Shown here: positions 34,096 through 43,816 of the stretch, piece after piece
Layout: each line of letters opens with the position of its first letter
Numbering within the stretch: position 1 is the stretch's first letter
NCBI GenBank assembly: GCA_002329335.1
Contig: DCTY01000024.1
Coordinates: forward strand, 3,632 to 67,631
Source: Christensenella sp. UBA1428
GTDB lineage: Bacteria; Bacillota; Clostridia; Christensenellales; UBA1750
Reading direction: 5' to 3'
Length of the DNA: 64,000 nucleotides
Made by a program: the position numbers and the translations under genes
Notes under the pieces: model-generated
Told to the model about the DNA's origin: nothing
Database searches by the model: none
What the model saw: only the letters and a program-made list of their open reading frames with translations

Positions 34096-35760
34096 ATGCA
34101 GCAGTTCATTCCCATGTTTTTCACAACGCTCAAAGGGTATCGGGTCAAACAGTTTGTCCGTGACCTGACCGCGGGCGTCATTGTCGCCATCATCGCGCTG
34201 CCGCTGTCCATTGCGCTGGCGCTGGCCTCCGGCGTCAGCCCGGAAAAGGGGTTGTACACGGCCATCATCGCCGGATTTGTTATCTCCTTTTTAGGGGGCA
34301 GCACCGTACAAATCGCCGGTCCTACCGCTGCCTTTGCCACTATTGTGGCGGGCATTGTGGCAAAAAACGGCGTCGGCGGTTTGGCCATGGCTACCATTCT
34401 TGCCGGGGTTTTGCTGCTGCTGATGGGTCTTTTCCGCTTTGGCAGCCTGATTAAATTCATCCCCTATCCCATTACCACCGGATTTACCGCCGGCATTGCC
34501 GTTACCATACTGATCGGCCAGTTCAAGGATTTTTTCGGTCTGACCTACAGCGCGGGCATGGCGCCGGTTGAAACCATGGAAAAGCTCTCCGCTTTTTTCG
34601 CCTGCATCGGCACTATCAACTGGGCCAGCGTGCTGGTCGGCGTGGTATGCCTCTTGATTTTGATTTTCTGGCCAAGGGTCAGCCAAAAAATCCCCGGCTC
34701 GCTCATCGCCGTGCTTGCCGGCATCGCCATGGTCAAATTTCTGCGCCTGCCGGTGCATACCATCGGGGATCTGTATACCATCAGCAGCCAGCTGCCGGCC
34801 TTCGAGGCGCCTGTGTGGGATTTTGCGCTGATGCGCGCCATGCTGCCCGATGCGATCACGATCGCTGTTTTGGCAGCGATTGAATCGCTTTTGTCCTGCG
34901 TGGTTGCCGACGGCATGACCGGCACGCGCCACCGCTCCAACATGGAGCTGATCGCGCAGGGCGCCGGCAACATCGCCTCGGCGCTTTTCGGCGGAATTCC
35001 TGCCACCGGCGCGATCGCCCGTACGGCGGCCAACATCAAAAACGGCGGCGCCACCCCGGTTGCCGGCATGGTACACGCGCTGGTGCTTGCGCTGATCCTT
35101 GTCGTGCTGATGCCCTATGCCGCGCTGATTCCGATGCCCGCCATCGCCGCCATTCTTTTCATGGTCGCCTACAATATGTGCCAGTGGCGGCCGTTTGTCC
35201 GTCTGATCAAAACGGCGCCCAAAAGCGATATTCTGGTATTGCTCGTGACGTTCGTTCTGACCGTGGTGTTCGATCTTGTCGTCGCCATCGAGGTCGGCAT
35301 GCTTCTGGCCTGTCTGCTGTTTTTAAAGCGGATGAGCGACCAAAGCGGGATTCAGGGCTGGAAATATGAACAGCCCGCATGCGAAGATCCTGCCGATCAT
35401 CTGGAACTGACCGAAGTGCCGCGCCATGTTCGCGTTTATGAGATCACCGGCCCGATGTTCTTTGGCGTAGCCGACCGCATTGCCGATATCCGCACCAAGG
35501 ATTTCACCCGCTGCCTGATCCTGCGCATGCGCGGCGTACCGGCGCTGGACGCCACAGCGCTCAATGCGCTGGAGGACCTGGCCGCAAGATGTGAAAAGAA
35601 GGGCGTCACGCTGATCTTTTCCCATGTAAATCAGCAGCCGATGCAGGTCATGCGCAAGGCCGGCTTTATCCGCAAAATCGGTCAGGAAAATTTCTGCCCG
35701 CATATCGGCGACGCATTGCGCCGCGCCGCCAGCCTGCTGCCTCCATCCGAAAAAATCTGA
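34096..35760 (+). CDS. SulP family inorganic anion transporter with C-terminal STAS domain
   Basis: Start moved to ATG 34096. DLTAGVIVAIIALPLSIALALASGV is the typical SulP N-terminus. About 11 TM segments, then a STAS domain (VYEITGPMFFGVA...ILRMRGVPALDATAL). Confidence 0.9.
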   Translation: MQQFIPMFFTTLKGYRVKQFVRDLTAGVIVAIIALPLSIALALASGVSPEKGLYTAIIAGFVISFLGGSTVQIAGPTAAFATIVAGIVAKNGVGGLAMATILAGVLLLLMGLFRFGSLIKFIPYPITTGFTAGIAVTILIGQFKDFFGLTYSAGMAPVETMEKLSAFFACIGTINWASVLVGVVCLLILIFWPRVSQKIPGSLIAVLAGIAMVKFLRLPVHTIGDLYTISSQLPAFEAPVWDFALMRAMLPDAITIAVLAAIESLLSCVVADGMTGTRHRSNMELIAQGAGNIASALFGGIPATGAIARTAANIKNGGATPVAGMVHALVLALILVVLMPYAALIPMPAIAAILFMVAYNMCQWRPFVRLIKTAPKSDILVLLVTFVLTVVFDLVVAIEVGMLLACLLFLKRMSDQSGIQGWKYEQPACEDPADHLELTEVPRHVRVYEITGPMFFGVADRIADIRTKDFTRCLILRMRGVPALDATALNALEDLAARCEKKGVTLIFSHVNQQPMQVMRKAGFIRKIGQENFCPHIGDALRRAASLLPPSEKI

Positions 35761-35776
35761 TTCCCTTTATTTTTCA

Positions 35777-35812
35777 GCGTCCTGCCGCTTTGTCGATACA
35801 GGGCGTTTTTTT
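35777..35812 (+). terminator. Intrinsic terminator after the SulP gene
   Basis: GCGTCCTG-N14-CAGGGCGT followed by a T7 run. Confidence 0.75.
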
Positions 35813-35889
35813 GCACACTTTTTTCCCGACGCAATACAATAATATTAACCGCGGCTTGTTCGCGGCAAAAACCGAAAGGAGTTGGCACT

Positions 35890-36219
35890 GTGGAACGATG
35901 CAACAAAGCCTGCGTTTACAGCGACGAGCATTTTGAGCCCAAGGGCTGCGCGACGGAATCGCGCGCTGTAGACGCCAAAGACATCCGCAGCCAGGCCGCA
36001 CTGCCCACCTATGACAGCTGCGCGCTGGGCAGCAAATGTCTTGACGCGTATGACGATTACCTTGAAGACAATTGCACCGCCGATACCACGCTGGCAATGG
36101 CGCAGGTAAACGATCATGGGTTTGAGGCGCTGTACTGTCCCTCGGACGCTTTGATCCGCGGCACGATTTTTTCACGTCTGGATCTGCCGTTTCATGGAAG
36201 GGGGGTCGCACGCGCATGA
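35890..36219 (+). CDS. cotJA: Spore coat-associated protein CotJA
   Basis: C-terminal CotJA signature LAMAQV...ALIRGTIFSRLDLPF. GTG start with SD AAGGAG 8 nt upstream. Overlaps cotJB by 4 nt. Confidence 0.75.
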   Translation: MERCNKACVYSDEHFEPKGCATESRAVDAKDIRSQAALPTYDSCALGSKCLDAYDDYLEDNCTADTTLAMAQVNDHGFEALYCPSDALIRGTIFSRLDLPFHGRGVARA

Positions 36220-36497
36220 GCAAAAAGATGATTCAAGACGCCACCCGCGAGGAACTGGCCCAAAAAATTGCTGAAATCAGCTTTTATCTGGACGACATCG
36301 CGCTTTATCTGACCATCCATCCCTGCGACGAGGACGCCCTGGAAGCCAAAGCGCGCCATCAGGCGATCGAAACCCGCCTCGAAAACGAATTCGAGCGCCG
36401 CTTTGGCCCCATCCGCATGACGGGCGCCAACGAATGTTCTCATTTTTCCTGGATTGATGATCCATGGCCCTGGCAGTACGAAGCAAACGAGGTGTAG
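36216..36497 (+). CDS. cotJB: Spore coat protein CotJB
   Basis: ISFYLDDIALYLTIHPCDEDAL...WIDDPWPWQ is the typical CotJB pattern. Confidence 0.85.
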   Translation: MSKKMIQDATREELAQKIAEISFYLDDIALYLTIHPCDEDALEAKARHQAIETRLENEFERRFGPIRMTGANECSHFSWIDDPWPWQYEANEV

Positions 36498-36500
36498 CTG

Positions 36501-37157
36501 ATGTGGATTTATGAAAAGAAACTGCAATATCCCGTAAAAATCGCCCAGCCCAACGCCCAGGCTGCCCGCGTGATCTTAAGTCAGCTCGGCGGCCCGGACG
36601 GTGAATTGGCCGCTTCCCAGCGGTATCTGTCGCAGCGCTACAGCATGCCCTACAAACAGGTTGCCGGCCTGCTGACAGACATTGGCACCGAAGAGCTGGC
36701 GCATATGGAAATTATCAGCGCGATCATCCATCAACTCACGCGCGATCTGTGCCTGGATGAAATCCGTGACAGCGGCATGGACGCCTATTTTGTGGATCAC
36801 ACCGTCGGCGTCTGGCCGCAGGCCGCTTCCGGCGCGCCGTTCACCTCGGCTTATTTCCAAAGCAAAGGCGACCCGGTCACGGATCTGCACGAGGACATGG
36901 CCGCCGAACAGAAAGCGCGCAGCACGTACGACAACCTGATTCGTCTGATCGACGACCCGGACGTCCTGGATCCGCTCAAATTCCTGCGCGCACGGGAAAT
37001 CGTCCACTATCAGCGTTTCGGCGAAGCGTTGGGAATCGTCAGCGACAAGCTGGACTGCACCAATTTCTACGCCGTTAACCCTGCGTTCGACTTAAAGAAA
37101 GTTGCCGACAAGCCGGAGTATCCCTGCAAGGACCGCAACGCTGCTGCAATGCGCTAA
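36501..37157 (+). CDS. cotJC: Spore coat protein CotJC (manganese catalase family)
   Basis: Starts MWIYEKKLQYPV, then GELAASQRYLSQRY and EELAHMEII (Mn-catalase ligand pattern). Confidence 0.9.
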   Translation: MWIYEKKLQYPVKIAQPNAQAARVILSQLGGPDGELAASQRYLSQRYSMPYKQVAGLLTDIGTEELAHMEIISAIIHQLTRDLCLDEIRDSGMDAYFVDHTVGVWPQAASGAPFTSAYFQSKGDPVTDLHEDMAAEQKARSTYDNLIRLIDDPDVLDPLKFLRAREIVHYQRFGEALGIVSDKLDCTNFYAVNPAFDLKKVADKPEYPCKDRNAAAMR

Positions 37158-37293
37158 AGCGCGCCGCCGCCGGGAGCAACGCCCGGCGGATACATAGGCC
37201 AATGTGAAAGAACGCTTATCCGGCGTTTTTTTATTGCCCAAAATGTCTGTTTCCGCTTTACACAGCCGTCGTTTTCTGTCCACAGAAACATGA

Positions 37294-37322
37294 TTGTCAA
37301 AAAACAGTGGACATGCTACAAT
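37294..37322 (+). promoter_or_regulatory. Sigma-A-type promoter of the DapA-family gene
   Basis: TTGTCA-N17-TACAAT. The -35 is bracketed by the 7-bp inverted repeat TGTCCAC (37277-37283) / GTGGACA (37307-37313). Confidence 0.5.
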
Positions 37323-37493
37323 AATATTGATTTTTCACAGCGCGCAAACAGGGAAAGGCTTTTTAACGCATCCATGATATAACGGGCCAAATTCATCCAG
37401 CCCTCGTTCAAACCTGTTTTTGCGTACATACATGCGCATATTGCCAAAAGGCTTTTGGAAAATGACTCAACGATCAAAAAGGAGCGTCGCACC

Positions 37494-38411
37494 ATGTCTG
37501 TTGTTTTTCCCACGGGCGTCTGGCCCGTCATGCTCACGCCGTTTGCTGAAAACGGCGAGGTGGACTATCTTTCCCTGGAACGGCTTGTCCATTTTTATGA
37601 ACAAAACGGCGTTTCCGGTCTGTTTGCCGTGTGTCAGTCCAGCGAGATGTTCTATTTAAGCCTGCGCGAACGGGTAGAGATTGTTTCATTCCTCAAAAAA
37701 GTCGCCCATGTGCCCGTGATCGCCTCCGGGCATACGGCCTGGGCGCTTTCAGACCAGATCGATGAAGGGAAAGCCGTGCTGGACGCCGGCGCCGACGCGC
37801 TGATTTTAATCACCAACCGTCTGGCGCAGCCGACTCAGAGCGACGCCGTCTGGCAGCGCAATCTGGACACGCTGCTAAACGCGCTGCCTGAGGATGCGCC
37901 TTTGGGCTTTTATGAATGTCCCTATCCCTACAAGCGCCTGCTGACACCGGCGCAGATCGATTTTTGCGCGCAGTCCGGCCGGTTTTATTTTCTCAAGGAT
38001 ACCTGCTGCGACGCCGCGCGGATGCGTCAGCGTATCGATCAGATCCGCGGCACCTCGCTTCAGCTTTATAACGCCAACATCGCCACTTTGCTTGACACGC
38101 TGCGCATGGGCTGTGCAGGGTTCAGCGGCGTTATGGCCAACTTCCATCCGGATCTGTTTGCCTGGCTTTGCGCCAATTATCAGCGCGAACCGGAAAAGGC
38201 GCAGCTTTTGCAGGCCGGGCTGACCATGTGCTCGCAAATCGAAAAGCAGCTCTATCCGGTCAACGCCAAAACCTATCTGATGCAGCTGGGCGTTTTTTCG
38301 TCCAATTTCACCCGCACCCGCGATGCCGGCGAACTAACGCCGCTGTTCGAGGATGAAATCCGCCAGATGGCCGTTCTTGCCGATCACCTGCGCGGCATCA
38401 TCGCCCGATAA
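37494..38411 (+). CDS. Dihydrodipicolinate synthase/N-acetylneuraminate lyase family protein
   Basis: Start moved to ATG 37494 (SD AAGGAG). GVWPVMLTPF...VDY..L..LV.F....GVSGLFA is the DapA-family N-terminus. Schiff-base Lys context YFLKDTC. Confidence 0.8.
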   Translation: MSVVFPTGVWPVMLTPFAENGEVDYLSLERLVHFYEQNGVSGLFAVCQSSEMFYLSLRERVEIVSFLKKVAHVPVIASGHTAWALSDQIDEGKAVLDAGADALILITNRLAQPTQSDAVWQRNLDTLLNALPEDAPLGFYECPYPYKRLLTPAQIDFCAQSGRFYFLKDTCCDAARMRQRIDQIRGTSLQLYNANIATLLDTLRMGCAGFSGVMANFHPDLFAWLCANYQREPEKAQLLQAGLTMCSQIEKQLYPVNAKTYLMQLGVFSSNFTRTRDAGELTPLFEDEIRQMAVLADHLRGIIAR

Positions 38412-38529
38412 TCCTGCCATGCGTCCCCGGCGCTTCAAACTCCGGAGCCGTATTTGAATATAAACACAATATCTTTTGAATATATATTGCTCTCTCTGCG
38501 CATTATAAGATAGTAACAGAGGTGAGCAA

Positions 38530-38715
38530 ATGACCAAAAACACCATCCGGATCTCCCGGCGCGGCGACGACGGGTTCCGCATCATTTCTGTGCGCATTCG
38601 GGAAAGCACCCTGAGCAAAATTGACGACGCCGCAGAAAAGAGCAACCGTTCCCGCAACGAAATCATCAACATTTTGCTGGTACACGGAATTGAAGCGCTT
38701 GAAATCGAAGAGTAG
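38530..38715 (+). CDS. Ribbon-helix-helix (CopG/Arc-type) DNA-binding protein, orphan
   Basis: RIISVRIRESTLSKIDDAAEKSNRSRNEIINILLVHGIE fits a beta-strand, helix, helix RHH pattern. SD GAGGTGAG. No partner gene on the same strand. Confidence 0.65.
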   Translation: MTKNTIRISRRGDDGFRIISVRIRESTLSKIDDAAEKSNRSRNEIINILLVHGIEALEIEE

Positions 38716-38727
38716 CGGCAACAAAAA

Positions 38728-38771
38728 ATGGCACGGCATCCGGGCGTCTTTGCGCCAACATGCCGTGCCAT
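38728..38771. terminator. 12-bp hairpin between the RHH gene (+) and the cysteine-desulfidase-like gene (-)
   Basis: ATGGCACGGCAT-N20-ATGCCGTGCCAT. The U-tract (UUUUUUGU) lies on the reverse-strand side, so it best fits termination of the minus-strand operon. Confidence 0.65.
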
Positions 38772-38792
38772 TTGCAATGATTTTTCATTTTC

Positions 38793-40055
38793 TCAGCATT
38801 TGCTGAGCATCACATCCAGAATCGCCGAATCCAGCCCGGGCAGGCCGTCCAGGATCAGCTTGCCGACGCTTCGAATTGTATCCTCCGCATCGGCGCAGAC
38901 AATACCGTCCTTCGGCGCAGGGGCAATGCCGTTCATCGCCAGCGTCGCGCACAGCACCGCCGCATTGACCCCCGTAGCAATTTTCAGCGCGCAGGTTGTT
39001 TTTGCGCCGTCGCAGATCATCCCCATATGATCCGCCAGCATGGAATTGATCGCCAGACGGATCTGCTCCAGACCACCGCCCATCAGATACACCATCGCAC
39101 AGCAGGCGCCCGTACCGCCGGCAATTGCCGCGCCGCAAAGCGGCGAAAGCCGCCCCATATAGCTTTTGACATGAATGGTCATCAGATTGCTCAGCGCCAG
39201 CGCGCGCGCAAGCGCCTCCTGACTGCTGCCAAGCCTGGAGGCCAGCTCCACCGCCGGCAGCATGCAGGCAATCCCCTGATTGCCGCTGCCCGCCGTGGTC
39301 ATCACCGGCTGGGCGCAGCCGTCCATTCGCGCGTCCGACGCCGCGGCGGCGCTTGAAATCAATTCGTTGGCCAGCGAGGTTTCCAGCAGCCCCTTCTCCA
39401 TCTGACCGCGCAGCGTTTTGCCGATGCGCAGCCCATAATCGCCGCGCAGTCCCTCCTGGGACACCGCCTTGTTCATGCGCGCGCCCTCGAGCAGAAACGC
39501 CAGCGACGACACCGGCGCATGCGTGGCAAAATCATAAATTTCCTCCACCGTCAGCGCCGCATTCTCACATCCATCCTGCGCCGGATCCTCTTTTTGCAGG
39601 ATCGGCCTGCCGTCGCGCTGCAGGCACACGATATTGGTATGCTCACGCGCCACAACGCACCGGCCGCTGCCCTGATCCGTTTGTACAGTGGCGTCGATAT
39701 AGAGTTTTTCTTCCTGATCCGAAAGCGCGATTTTCAGCACGCCGCGCTGTTTAAGCTGCTGGGCAAGCGCCAGCTGATCGGCAGTCAAGCCGCTTAAGAT
39801 TTCAAGTTTCTTTTCCGGCGCGCGCACCACTGCGCCCAAAAGCGCCGCAATATCCACACCCGTCTGACCCGTCCCCGGGATGCCGACGCCCATTGCATTT
39901 TTCAAAATATTGCCGCTGAGGCACAGCTCGATGCGCTGAATCTCCCCCTGCGTCTGCTGCGCCGCCGCGGCAACCGCGTACGCCACAGCAATCGGCTCGG
40001 TACAGCCCTGCGCCGATGTGACCTCTTTGTGCAGAATTTCAAGCAGCCGCTGCAT
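38793..40055 (-). CDS. UPF0597 / L-cysteine desulfidase (CyuA/YhaM, serine dehydratase alpha-like) family protein
   Basis: N-terminal EVTSAQGCTEPIAVAYA plus TTAGSGNQG and CDGAKTTCALK motifs, typical of this family. Confidence 0.8.
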   Translation of the reverse strand: MQRLLEILHKEVTSAQGCTEPIAVAYAVAAAAQQTQGEIQRIELCLSGNILKNAMGVGIPGTGQTGVDIAALLGAVVRAPEKKLEILSGLTADQLALAQQLKQRGVLKIALSDQEEKLYIDATVQTDQGSGRCVVAREHTNIVCLQRDGRPILQKEDPAQDGCENAALTVEEIYDFATHAPVSSLAFLLEGARMNKAVSQEGLRGDYGLRIGKTLRGQMEKGLLETSLANELISSAAAASDARMDGCAQPVMTTAGSGNQGIACMLPAVELASRLGSSQEALARALALSNLMTIHVKSYMGRLSPLCGAAIAGGTGACCAMVYLMGGGLEQIRLAINSMLADHMGMICDGAKTTCALKIATGVNAAVLCATLAMNGIAPAPKDGIVCADAEDTIRSVGKLILDGLPGLDSAILDVMLSKC

Positions 40056-40131
40056 GGTATCCTCCTGTCCTATGCGTAAAAGTCCTGCCGTTTTTTCCGG
40101 GAGCCCGCTTTTTCAGGATCCACACGGCGCT

Positions 40132-40587
40132 TTATGGGTTGCGCTTGCCGGTCAGGGTATCGCAGCGCAGGGCAAATACCGCCGTACGCGCTGGGGAACC
40201 GAAGTCCTCCGTCAATTGCCCGCCATAGTGCCGCAAAATCAAATCCAGCGCCTCGCGCTTTTCCGTTTCCTCCTCCACAATCCAAACCGGGCCGCTGGCG
40301 CATACGCTTTCATAAAGCACGGTCGCATACGTCCGGCGCAGCACCGTTTCCATGACGCGGTAAGCGCAGAACATCCCCTGTCCGCCTTGGGCAATACGCC
40401 GAAGCTTTTCCCCTTCCAGCGCGCCGTGAAAATACAGCGTCACCACGCCGCCGCGCAGGGCAAAGCCATAGGAAAGCGGCACCGCATAGGGCGTCTGGCC
40501 GCCAAAGGCAAGCGTCCCCGCCTGACAGCGCGCCAAAACCTCTGTCAGCTGGTGCAGATCGGTAATTTCACGATCTTTTCTGCGCAT
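40132..40587 (-). CDS. Pyridoxamine 5'-phosphate oxidase-like (split-barrel, FMN-binding) family protein
   Basis: MRRKDREITD...CQAGTLAF....PYAVPLSYGF......LYFHGA.EGEK is typical of the PNPOx/NimA-like family. ATG 40587 preferred (SD AGAGAGGAA 9 nt upstream). Confidence 0.75.
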   Translation of the reverse strand: MRRKDREITDLHQLTEVLARCQAGTLAFGGQTPYAVPLSYGFALRGGVVTLYFHGALEGEKLRRIAQGGQGMFCAYRVMETVLRRTYATVLYESVCASGPVWIVEEETEKREALDLILRHYGGQLTEDFGSPARTAVFALRCDTLTGKRNP

Positions 40588-40639
40588 AATCAAATTCCTC
40601 TCTTCATTTTTTCACCCAACGGCAGGGATCCCACAGCGC

Positions 40640-41929
40640 CTAAAAATGCTCGTCGTCCGCCTGCACCGGTACATTTTGATCCGATTGATCGGCCGTATGC
40701 GCCGCCTGAGGCACCAGATCATCCGGGAAATGAATCATCACATGCGCCTGCTCCAGCCGCTGCTGGAGCGTCCTGATCGGCACGCGATCGATCTGCGTTT
40801 CTGTTTCTATTGCCAGCGCGCAGGCCTCGCCCGCCGCCTGCCCGGTCAAAATCGCCGGCGGAATCACCCGGAGAATGTCCCAACCGTAACCGGAAGCGCT
40901 TGCGCTGCGGCCGGCAGTAATCAAATTGGGATATCCCGCCTTTACCAAGCAGCGAAGCGGCACCTCATACAGATAATCCCGATGATCAAAGTCGTTGATC
41001 GCGCAGACCGAGTCCTCGAAATGCCGGTAGGCATCCTCCTGCACCAGCGTATAATCGCCGTCAATATGACAGGTGGTACGCAATTGCGGCATCATCGGCA
41101 GCATGGCAATATCCCGTGAAAAACGCGGCTGACTTTTGATTTTCTCCAACAGCACCTGCTGATTTCTCACCAGATAATCCGTCACATCCTGCGCGCTCAG
41201 CCCGGAAAACAGCGGGATATCCGCTGGCTGATGCTGGCCATAAAGGTTGATATTGCCGCCGCTGATCCGTTCATACGCCTGACGGATATCGCCGGTTTGA
41301 ACCGCCGCCTCACAGCTGGCCAGACTAATCCCCTTGCCCATATAGGTAAAATAATTTTGGCCTGCTACCGTAGGCACGCCCGCGCTGCGAAGCACGTCCC
41401 CATCGCCGGTTGCATCCACAATCATTTTCGCCCGATAAAACGCCGCGCCTTCTTTTCCCTGCACGACAACGCCGCGGCAAGTCGTCCCTTCCATCACCGC
41501 CCGGGTAACAACGCTGTCATAACGCAGCTCGACCCCGGCGTCCAGCACCATCTGCGTAAGCACCAGCGCAAAAATATACGGAGAATAGCGGCAGACATAC
41601 CGCTGCTGCACGTCCGCTCCCTCCGGCTCGCCTTTACGCCACGCCTCCGGGATCGTATCATAGCCAAATTCCGCGCTGGCGCGCAGCAGTTCTTCGCCCA
41701 TGCCAAAAATGATCTGCTTTCCGCGTCCGTTGCACATCGGTACAAAATAATTGATCAGGCCCAGCGTCGCCAACCCGCCCAGTATTACGCTTTTTTCCAG
41801 CAGGAGCACGCTTTTCCCGCGCCTGACGCCGGACAGCGCCGCCGCAACGCCTGCAACGCCGCCGCCGGCGACAATGATGTCATACGACCCGAGTACCGGT
41901 ATCTTTTGATCGACACAAATCTGTTCCAT
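40640..41929 (-). CDS. FAD-dependent oxidoreductase (FAD_oxidored / pfam12831-like)
   Basis: Start moved to ATG 41929. Dinucleotide fold DIIVAGGGVAGVAAALSGVRRGKSVLLLEKSVILGG, then DATGDGD and a C-terminal AGRSAS...GQAAG. Starts 4 nt after the ABC ATPase stop. Confidence 0.8.
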   Translation of the reverse strand: MEQICVDQKIPVLGSYDIIVAGGGVAGVAAALSGVRRGKSVLLLEKSVILGGLATLGLINYFVPMCNGRGKQIIFGMGEELLRASAEFGYDTIPEAWRKGEPEGADVQQRYVCRYSPYIFALVLTQMVLDAGVELRYDSVVTRAVMEGTTCRGVVVQGKEGAAFYRAKMIVDATGDGDVLRSAGVPTVAGQNYFTYMGKGISLASCEAAVQTGDIRQAYERISGGNINLYGQHQPADIPLFSGLSAQDVTDYLVRNQQVLLEKIKSQPRFSRDIAMLPMMPQLRTTCHIDGDYTLVQEDAYRHFEDSVCAINDFDHRDYLYEVPLRCLVKAGYPNLITAGRSASASGYGWDILRVIPPAILTGQAAGEACALAIETETQIDRVPIRTLQQRLEQAHVMIHFPDDLVPQAAHTADQSDQNVPVQADDEHF

Positions 41930-41933
41930 TGGA

Positions 41934-42764
41934 TTATCCGCCCCTTTCCTCCAAACCTGCCGCTGGATTTTCCCCGCACAATGGATCATCCGGTAAAAAC
42001 CAGGGCGCTGTCCGCCCGGGAATCTGTGCTCTGACAAAAGGCATGTCATAAACCTGCCGCAGATTTTCCGGCGTCAATACCTGCCATACCGGACCAAACG
42101 CCAGAACGCGTCCCGCCTTCATCAGAATCAAATCCGTGCAGTGCTGCGCCGCCAGATTGATGTCGTGCATCACCGCGACGATCGTCGTCCCCTTCTCCCG
42201 GTTCTGCACCCCAAGCGCATGCATCAGCCGGGTCTGATGCAGCACGTCCAGGCTGGCTACCGGCTCGTCGATCACCATCCACGGCGTTTGCTGCGCAATG
42301 GTGCGGGCCATAATCGCCCGCTGCCGTTCGCCGCCGCTGACCGTCAGGATGCTCTGCTGGGCAAACGCCTCGCACCCGGTCAGCGCCAGCGCCGCCTCGA
42401 CTGCCCGGCGATCCGCCGCGCCAAGCGGCTCAAACGGACGCAGATAGGGCGTACGCCCCATCGCAACAACATCATAAACGGTAAAATCGGCCTGTATCTG
42501 GCTGGCCTGCGGCATATATGCCACCGTTTTAGCCAGCTGGGTTTGGCTAAGCTGCCCCAGCGGCGTTGTGTCAAACGCAATCCCGCCCTCCCGTACGGGC
42601 AGCAGCCTTAAAATATGGCGCGCAAGAGACGTTTTTCCCGATCCGTTCTGGCCCAAAACGCCATAAAAATGTCCTTTTTCAAGGCAGAGCGTCACCTGAT
42701 CCAGCACCGGGCGCGCTGCGGACGCCGGATGCCAGCCAAGGGCGCGAATCATCAATTTTTCCAT
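41934..42764 (-). CDS. ABC transporter ATP-binding protein (FecE/BtuD-like, iron-chelate/cobalamin type)
   Basis: Walker A GQNGSGKTS, signature VSGGERQR, Walker B WMVIDEP. Confidence 0.9.
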   Translation of the reverse strand: MEKLMIRALGWHPASAARPVLDQVTLCLEKGHFYGVLGQNGSGKTSLARHILRLLPVREGGIAFDTTPLGQLSQTQLAKTVAYMPQASQIQADFTVYDVVAMGRTPYLRPFEPLGAADRRAVEAALALTGCEAFAQQSILTVSGGERQRAIMARTIAQQTPWMVIDEPVASLDVLHQTRLMHALGVQNREKGTTIVAVMHDINLAAQHCTDLILMKAGRVLAFGPVWQVLTPENLRQVYDMPFVRAQIPGRTAPWFLPDDPLCGENPAAGLEERGG

Positions 42765-42771
42765 CGCGCAC

Positions 42772-43815
42772 CTACCTTTGATCGTGCCTGCGCAGCGTTA
42801 CCAGCGCAATAAAATACGGCGCGCCCAGCACAGCGGTAACCACGCCCACCGGGATTTCCGTCGGCGCGGCGACCGTTCTGGCCAGCGTATCGCATAAAAC
42901 CAGAAAAATACCGCCCAACACAAACGCGCACGGCAGCAGCCTGCGGTTGTCCGGCCCCATCAAAAGCCGGATGCAGTGCGGCACGATCAGCCCGACAAAG
43001 CCCACAATCCCGCTGACCGAAACCGCCGTTGCCACCATCAGCGACGAAAACAAAATCACCCATCCGCGCGTGCTTCCGGTGTTGACCCCCAGCGTTCTGG
43101 CCTCGTCCTCGCCTGCCAAAAGCACGTTGAGCCGGCTGGCAAACACCATCAGCACCGCCATCCCCACCGCGCACACAGCGCCCACCATCGCGACCTTGGG
43201 CCAGGTTGCCGCGGAAAAGCTGCCCATGGTCCACATGTAAACCGCGTTAAGCTCGTCCTGATGAAATGTCATCAGTAATGAAATAATCCCCGACAGCAGC
43301 GTGCTGACCGCCGTCCCGGTTAGAAGCATATTCACCCCGGACAACGCGCCGCCCGCATGCGCAATCACCCATACAAAAAACACCGCGGCCAGCGCGCCGA
43401 AAAACGCAAAGGCGGACACTGCGCCCAGTCCGCCGAAGGCCGCCGGCGCCTCCAGCACCATCGCCAGCGTCGCGCCCAGCGCCGCGCCCGCCGAGACGCC
43501 CAGAATATGCGGATCGGCCAGGGGGTTTCTGAAAATACTCTGGAACGCGCCGCCAACGCTGGCCAGCGCGCCGCCGACAAGGCACGCCAAAAGCACCCGC
43601 GGCAGGCGCACCTGCCAGATAATGCGCTCATACACCGATCCTGCCAGCTGCGCCGACAGCGCCTCCAGCCCCGGCACGCGTCCGGCAATGAGCCTCAGGC
43701 TATCCAAAACCGACAGATCGGCCGACCCCACGGTGACCGCAAAAACGATCACCATGGGCCATGCCGCCGCCAGCAGTACCGTCAAAACGGTACGAAAAGC
43801 GGTTTTCCTTTTCAT
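42772..43815 (-). CDS. FecCD/BtuC family ABC transporter permease
   Basis: Start moved to ATG 43815. Multi-TM protein with RLPRVLLA and GPDNRRLLP motifs typical of FecCD permeases. Confidence 0.9.
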   Translation of the reverse strand: MKRKTAFRTVLTVLLAAAWPMVIVFAVTVGSADLSVLDSLRLIAGRVPGLEALSAQLAGSVYERIIWQVRLPRVLLACLVGGALASVGGAFQSIFRNPLADPHILGVSAGAALGATLAMVLEAPAAFGGLGAVSAFAFFGALAAVFFVWVIAHAGGALSGVNMLLTGTAVSTLLSGIISLLMTFHQDELNAVYMWTMGSFSAATWPKVAMVGAVCAVGMAVLMVFASRLNVLLAGEDEARTLGVNTGSTRGWVILFSSLMVATAVSVSGIVGFVGLIVPHCIRLLMGPDNRRLLPCAFVLGGIFLVLCDTLARTVAAPTEIPVGVVTAVLGAPYFIALVTLRRHDQR

Positions 43816-43816
43816 T

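Noticed and set aside
35830-35889. Sigma-E promoter for cotJABC
   Set aside because: AATACAAT resembles the -10, but the first base is wrong and no ATATT-type -35 sits at the right distance. This is too weak to call.
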